NCBI GenBank assembly: GCA_020891255.1
Contig: BQFW01000011.1
Coordinates: 744,001-808,000 of the forward strand
Origin: Entomortierella parvispora E1425
Lineage: Eukaryota > Fungi > Mortierellomycota
Direction: 5' to 3'
DNA: 64,000 nucleotides
Shown here: one piece after another, positions 59,601 to 64,000 of the stretch
Numbering within the stretch: position 1 is the stretch's first letter
How the letters are laid out: each line of letters begins with the position of its first letter
Position numbers and translations under genes: made by a program
The notes under the pieces: model-generated
Databases searched by the model: none
What the model was told of the DNA's origin: nothing
Seen by the model: only the letters and a program-made list of their open reading frames with translations

Positions 59601-59832
59601 GCCGCCTCAGCACCCCCAGGGTCGATCCTCGTACCCTCAAACGCCAGAGAACGAATACCCGCCCACTCTTCACTCGAACGGTTCTCCTGGTCAGTTCAGG
59701 AAACGACCCGATGACCATGGTTCCGAGATGGAGGCTGTCTATGAGCACTATCCACAGCACCATCTGCACCCACAACACCATCGAGGACTTGCTGTGCATG
59801 AAGCCATGGAGACTGCCATGCGATCTCCTTAA
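56698..59832 (+). CDS. bZIP transcription factor, fungal AP-1/Yap-type basic region, 2 coding exons
   Basis: KRAAQNRAAQRAFRQRKDLYVRELERKA plus leucine heptads; Q/H/S-rich low complexity; intron ~57104-57509. Confidence 0.88.
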
Positions 59833-60356
59833 AAAAAATGAATATCTCCAAGAGTCGTTTCCCTCCCTTATTTTTTCTCTCTTTTCACTCTATACTCATT
59901 TTTTCTCCCATACCTCCACTTTTTTTTCTCTATTTTTTTTTTTTTTTTTTTTTTTGCCCATGACTTGATATGATGATGATCAAGAAAGGGGGGGGTCCAT
60001 GATGTTTCTTCTTTGTTTTTGGCGAGACCCCCCAAAGACCCCTCCCAATGACCTTATTATTTTTGTCCTGCGCTTCTGTTCCCCCCCTTGCTAATATATC
60101 AATTGACTGTGAGGGATCGATCCTTGGAAGCTCTTTTTGTTTTTTTTTGTTTTTCCATTTCCCCTCGACAATCTTCTTCCGTCTCCCTTTCCCCTCTCTT
60201 CACCCTCACCCGCCTTGTAATATAAATATTTTTGAACCATGACAAACAATAAACGTCGCGTCTCTCTCTTTCTCTCGTGCTTTTTTTCAGGGGATTCATC
60301 ATTTAAATAAGTAGGGCATAGTATTTAATATTGTATTTTACCTCCCCTTTTTTGTT

Positions 60357-62489
60357 TTAGATGTCGTCCAGGTCAACGTCTATGTCAAACTCGTCTTTGT
60401 TGGAGGCGATAATCTCCTCCATCCTGGACTGGGGCATTGCAGGGGCAGCTGCCACAGCCTCTACTGTTTCTGCCACAGTGGTGGCCGTAGGCGTGGCTGC
60501 TGCAGGGAGGGCAGGGGAATTCTTGCCAGAATCGGCATTCTCTGAGGGAGTTCCTGGCAAGGACATGTCATAGACCAGTCGTGGGGTCGTCTTGCGTCTA
60601 GCAAAAGGATCGACATCCTTGCCCGCCGTTCCCTTGGCTCTCAGCTCCTTGGTCAATCGCTCCTCAGCCTCACGACCAGTAGACCGGTTCAGGGTTCGGT
60701 TCCTCTCATTGAGCTTGGCCCACACATCCAATTTATCCGATCGAAGATCCCTCTGTGCCATCTCAGTCTCCTTCAAAGCCTGCAACCGCCTCTCCGTCTC
60801 CTCGGCCTCCTCTCGCGACTGGAGCGACATTTGTTGCTCCAGAATTGTACGATGAACGATGGGGTTCAGACGACCTTGCTTCATCTCCTTTTTGTATTCG
60901 ATAATGTCCTCGACTTCCTTGGCCGAGAGCGTGTAATGAGTAGCATGGTTGATATCCTTGCGCTTGTTCTCCACATGCTCCAGCGTCACCAGGTCGACCT
61001 TGTCGTTTCTCAAGGTCAGCTCGTACCGTCTAAACTCGTCCTCTGTGAAGGGTGAGTTGGAAATGATATCCATGGTGAATGCCTTTTCAGCCCCTCCGTG
61101 CTTCAGAGTCAATGTCAGGTTGGTCGTTGTCTTGCCCAAATTATAAAGCTTGGCCTGCTTGTTGACTGCCACGATCTCTGTGATTCTGTAAACGGGTCGG
61201 TTCCGATCGCCTCCAATCGACAAACGAACAAAGCATCCAATGATTGTATCCTTGAAGAAGGGACTGTAGCACCACTTCTCGAGCTTATCACGCGACAAAC
61301 GGATACTGTTCAACTCTTCCAATGTCGCAGGCTTCCGGGCAACACTCTTGGAAGACGACTTTTTCTTTTCGGGCTCAGATTCGTAATCGGCCTCCTCTGC
61401 TGACGAAGATGATTCACTCTTGTCACTATAATCAATCGAGTCCTTGCGTCTGCGTCTAGGTTCAGGTGAATGTGACCGGCGTGCCTAAGCAAAGCATTGA
61501 CAAATGGAAAAAGAAATGTCAGTAAAAAGATGAATGTGATAATCAGGACTTGACCGAGGCATCCCTTGGTAGTAAGCTTGCTTTTACCTTTTTCCGTTCC
61601 TGAGCTCTTTTCAGATCAGCCAAGGCCTTTGTGCTTCCAGTCTTTGAGTCCTTTGCACGCGTGGACCCTTATTCCAGCAAAAAAAAACAAAAACAAATGT
61701 GAAAAGACAAATGAGTGATCCTGATGCTGGCAAAAGAGCGATAGATCATCCGTGCAAGTCGGTAAAGATTCCTTACGACGAGTAGAGTCCCGGTCTGAAG
61801 CGCCTCTCCTGCTCCTGTTGGCTTCCTCGTGTCTCTTCAAACGTTTCGCCACCTGTCTATGATCCAAAAGGGCTGTGCGCTGAGGAACAAAAAAGAATGA
61901 GAAAATGTGCAGCGTTAGAGACTTTGGCTTTTACAAAACATAAAAGAAGTCGGAAAGGGCCACCTGAATATGCGGATCATGGTCAAGGATATCGTTACCT
62001 TCTTTGCACGCTCGAAAAGGATCTGCTCACGATCGACTTCGGCCATGGCCATGAGTTCAGCACGATCCTTAGCATCACCAAAGTACTCTGCATCGTATTC
62101 GTCGACAGGTCCTTCGTCCTCGTCCTCGTCCTCGTCTTGATCGTCATCAGATCTCTCAGACATTTCTCCGTCAGAGATTTCTTCGTCGGAGGAATCTCTG
62201 TATTGCAAATCAGTGAAAAGAGTCAGGGGTTGGTGAAAGTTGAGTCAGGTTTGGAAATGCAACAATCATCATGTTTGGACATGCGAGATCCAGCTGCTGC
62301 CGAGTCGATGAGCAACTTCATCCTGCTTCATGGTGCCGCCACTATGTCCCTGTCTGCTGGGAAATTGACAACTGGATGGACTGATTGGCTAATTGGCATA
62401 CTATTTTACCTGGATCTTCTTCTGCGTCTGCCCTTGTTGGAATCAGACGAGTTGGCCAGAAGGCGCAAGATCACGTCGGCGGCTGACAT
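60357..62489 (-). CDS. RTF1: PAF1-complex subunit Rtf1 (Plus3 domain), multi-exon
   Basis: DRAELMAMAEVDREQILFER; IRLSRDKLEKWCYSPFFKDTIIGCFVRLSIG; CTDPF-like DVDPFARRKT. Confidence 0.92.
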
Positions 62490-62823
62490 TGGAAAGACAG
62501 GGGGTCAGATAAGTGGGGAGGAATGAGGGAAGAGAGAAGGAGACTCGGGGTGATGAGGATCGAGAGACTGATGCATCGACTCGACCAGCTGGTCCGGTGG
62601 AATGAAGCGCAGAGAGGAAAGATGGCACGTGACTCACGCCTCCCTCTCTCGTTGCTTTTTTGGCACGCGGAGAAAGGTTCGATCGTGGCATCGCTGTGCA
62701 ACGGACCCGCTCACTTTTCCGCTTTTCGTTGTCTCTTTGCTCGTTCTGCATCTTTCCATTCTGTGCACACCATCGCTCTTCTTCCTTCTCCTCCCTCGCC
62801 CTTCTTAATTTCTTAATTTCTTA

Positions 62824-64000
62824 ATGGCCGCTCCTCATCCGGCCTTCCTCGCAGAGATGCTGGGTTCTATTCCACAGTAATGGCCTGCCCCATGTTGCGC
62901 TATTCCCCACATTCATTCATTCGACCGACTGTCTCACCGACCCATCTTTCTTTACTCTTCTAATGCTAGTGCTCCGGAGAGTCCCCATCCTCAAAGCTTT
63001 GTCGCCGCCAAGGAAACAGCCCGTCTTCTCATCGACATTATTATCCACCCGACACAATGGCGCAGACTTGGCTCTGTGGCCTGGGAATCCGGATTGGACC
63101 TGAAGAGCGCCCTTCGCTCTCCCAGCATTCTCTACCTCCCGAACCCTTTTCACTCACAAGCACTCGCCCACTTGCTCCAACACTTGGATTTCGATCTCGT
63201 CGATGTCGAAACGCTGATCGGCTGTATTGACACTGGAGACTGGACCTGTCTACTCAAAGAGGCTTCTGTTGAGACCATGCACGCCCAACTCAGGACCGAG
63301 GTTGTGCAGACGCTTGAAAACCTCTGCCTGCTCTCGTTCTATCTCCGATCGGGCCTCAGGGCCCTTGCGTCCTCTTCGGGCGGGGCATTGTCTACACTGC
63401 AGGATGCTCAGGAGCAAGCAGACGACCGACTGATCCAGGATCTAGTAGCACGGGTCCTGCAGACTGTAAGAACCAAAGGACGACATGAACAGACGAGATC
63501 TGTTACAATAGACCGATGGCGCGCACCACTGATCGCCCGTCCTTTGTCTCCATTGAGCCGGAGCGAAGCAAACCTTAAATGGCCGACTGACATTTGATGC
63601 ATTCTTTACCTTGTGTCTTTTTGCAGCAGCCCCAGCAGACACAGACACAAACACAGACACCCGTTCCTCTCGGCATCACCAGTACTTGGCGACAGGCTTT
63701 TGCTGAACAGGCCTTGCGACTGAATGCGATCCAGGATTCCCAGAACCCAGCACTGTATGCAGAGACTATATCTATATATGCTCATGTCTACCATCCAGTT
63801 GATGAGACTAACCTCTTCCACCTGCTTGGATCCATCGGACTCAATAGCCCTTCGAAATTGTCGGTTCTTTTGAACGAGGTGCTGGAAATCATTCGACTCG
63901 ATAAGATCCGCAAAGAAGGATGGACAGACCCGTATGAACCTTGACTATTGTGGTTTGCGCAGTTGGATTCTTGGAAACCGAAGGGTTGCACCAAGCTAAC
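62824..64000 (+). CDS. Hypothetical helical protein, 5' part, runs off the window
   Basis: Inferred exons MAAPHPAFLAEMLGSIPH/APESPHPQSF...LVARVLQT/..., with CTAAT branch and GT-AG sites; divergent from RTF1. Confidence 0.6.

Overview
Intron-rich fungal genomic DNA, most likely an early-diverging fungus of the Mortierellaceae type. This is an inference from ferritin, a PISSLRE-type CDK10, a Crinkler gene, Sel1-repeat expansion and the intron style. The window holds about 19 protein-coding loci: an ERMP1-like M28 peptidase (partial), ferritin, a Crinkler-REase effector, a PPR-motif protein, an MFS/ACS transporter, CDK10, NOP14, a large Sel1-repeat protein, two orphans, a multidomain RNA-repair enzyme, thiolase, a Na+/H+ antiporter, an HSPA12-like ATPase, a Kelch-TM protein, a Yap-type bZIP, RTF1 and a partial orphan. 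It also holds one tRNA-Gly(GCC) and a truncated Ty3/gypsy element inside a Sel1 pseudogene. Two items stand out. (1) An intronless ~1364-aa protein joins a CX5R phosphatase, a polynucleotide kinase and an RNA ligase, all with intact catalytic motifs, i.e. a self-contained RNA heal-and-seal enzyme distinct from Trl1. (2) A ~3.5-kb non-coding palindrome (arms ~1.6 kb, axis ~37931) has near-identical cores and diverged edges; each arm carries splice-like signals, a TGATGA-rich repeat array, a G-quadruplex motif and AATAAA. Exon boundaries were inferred by eye and are approximate.
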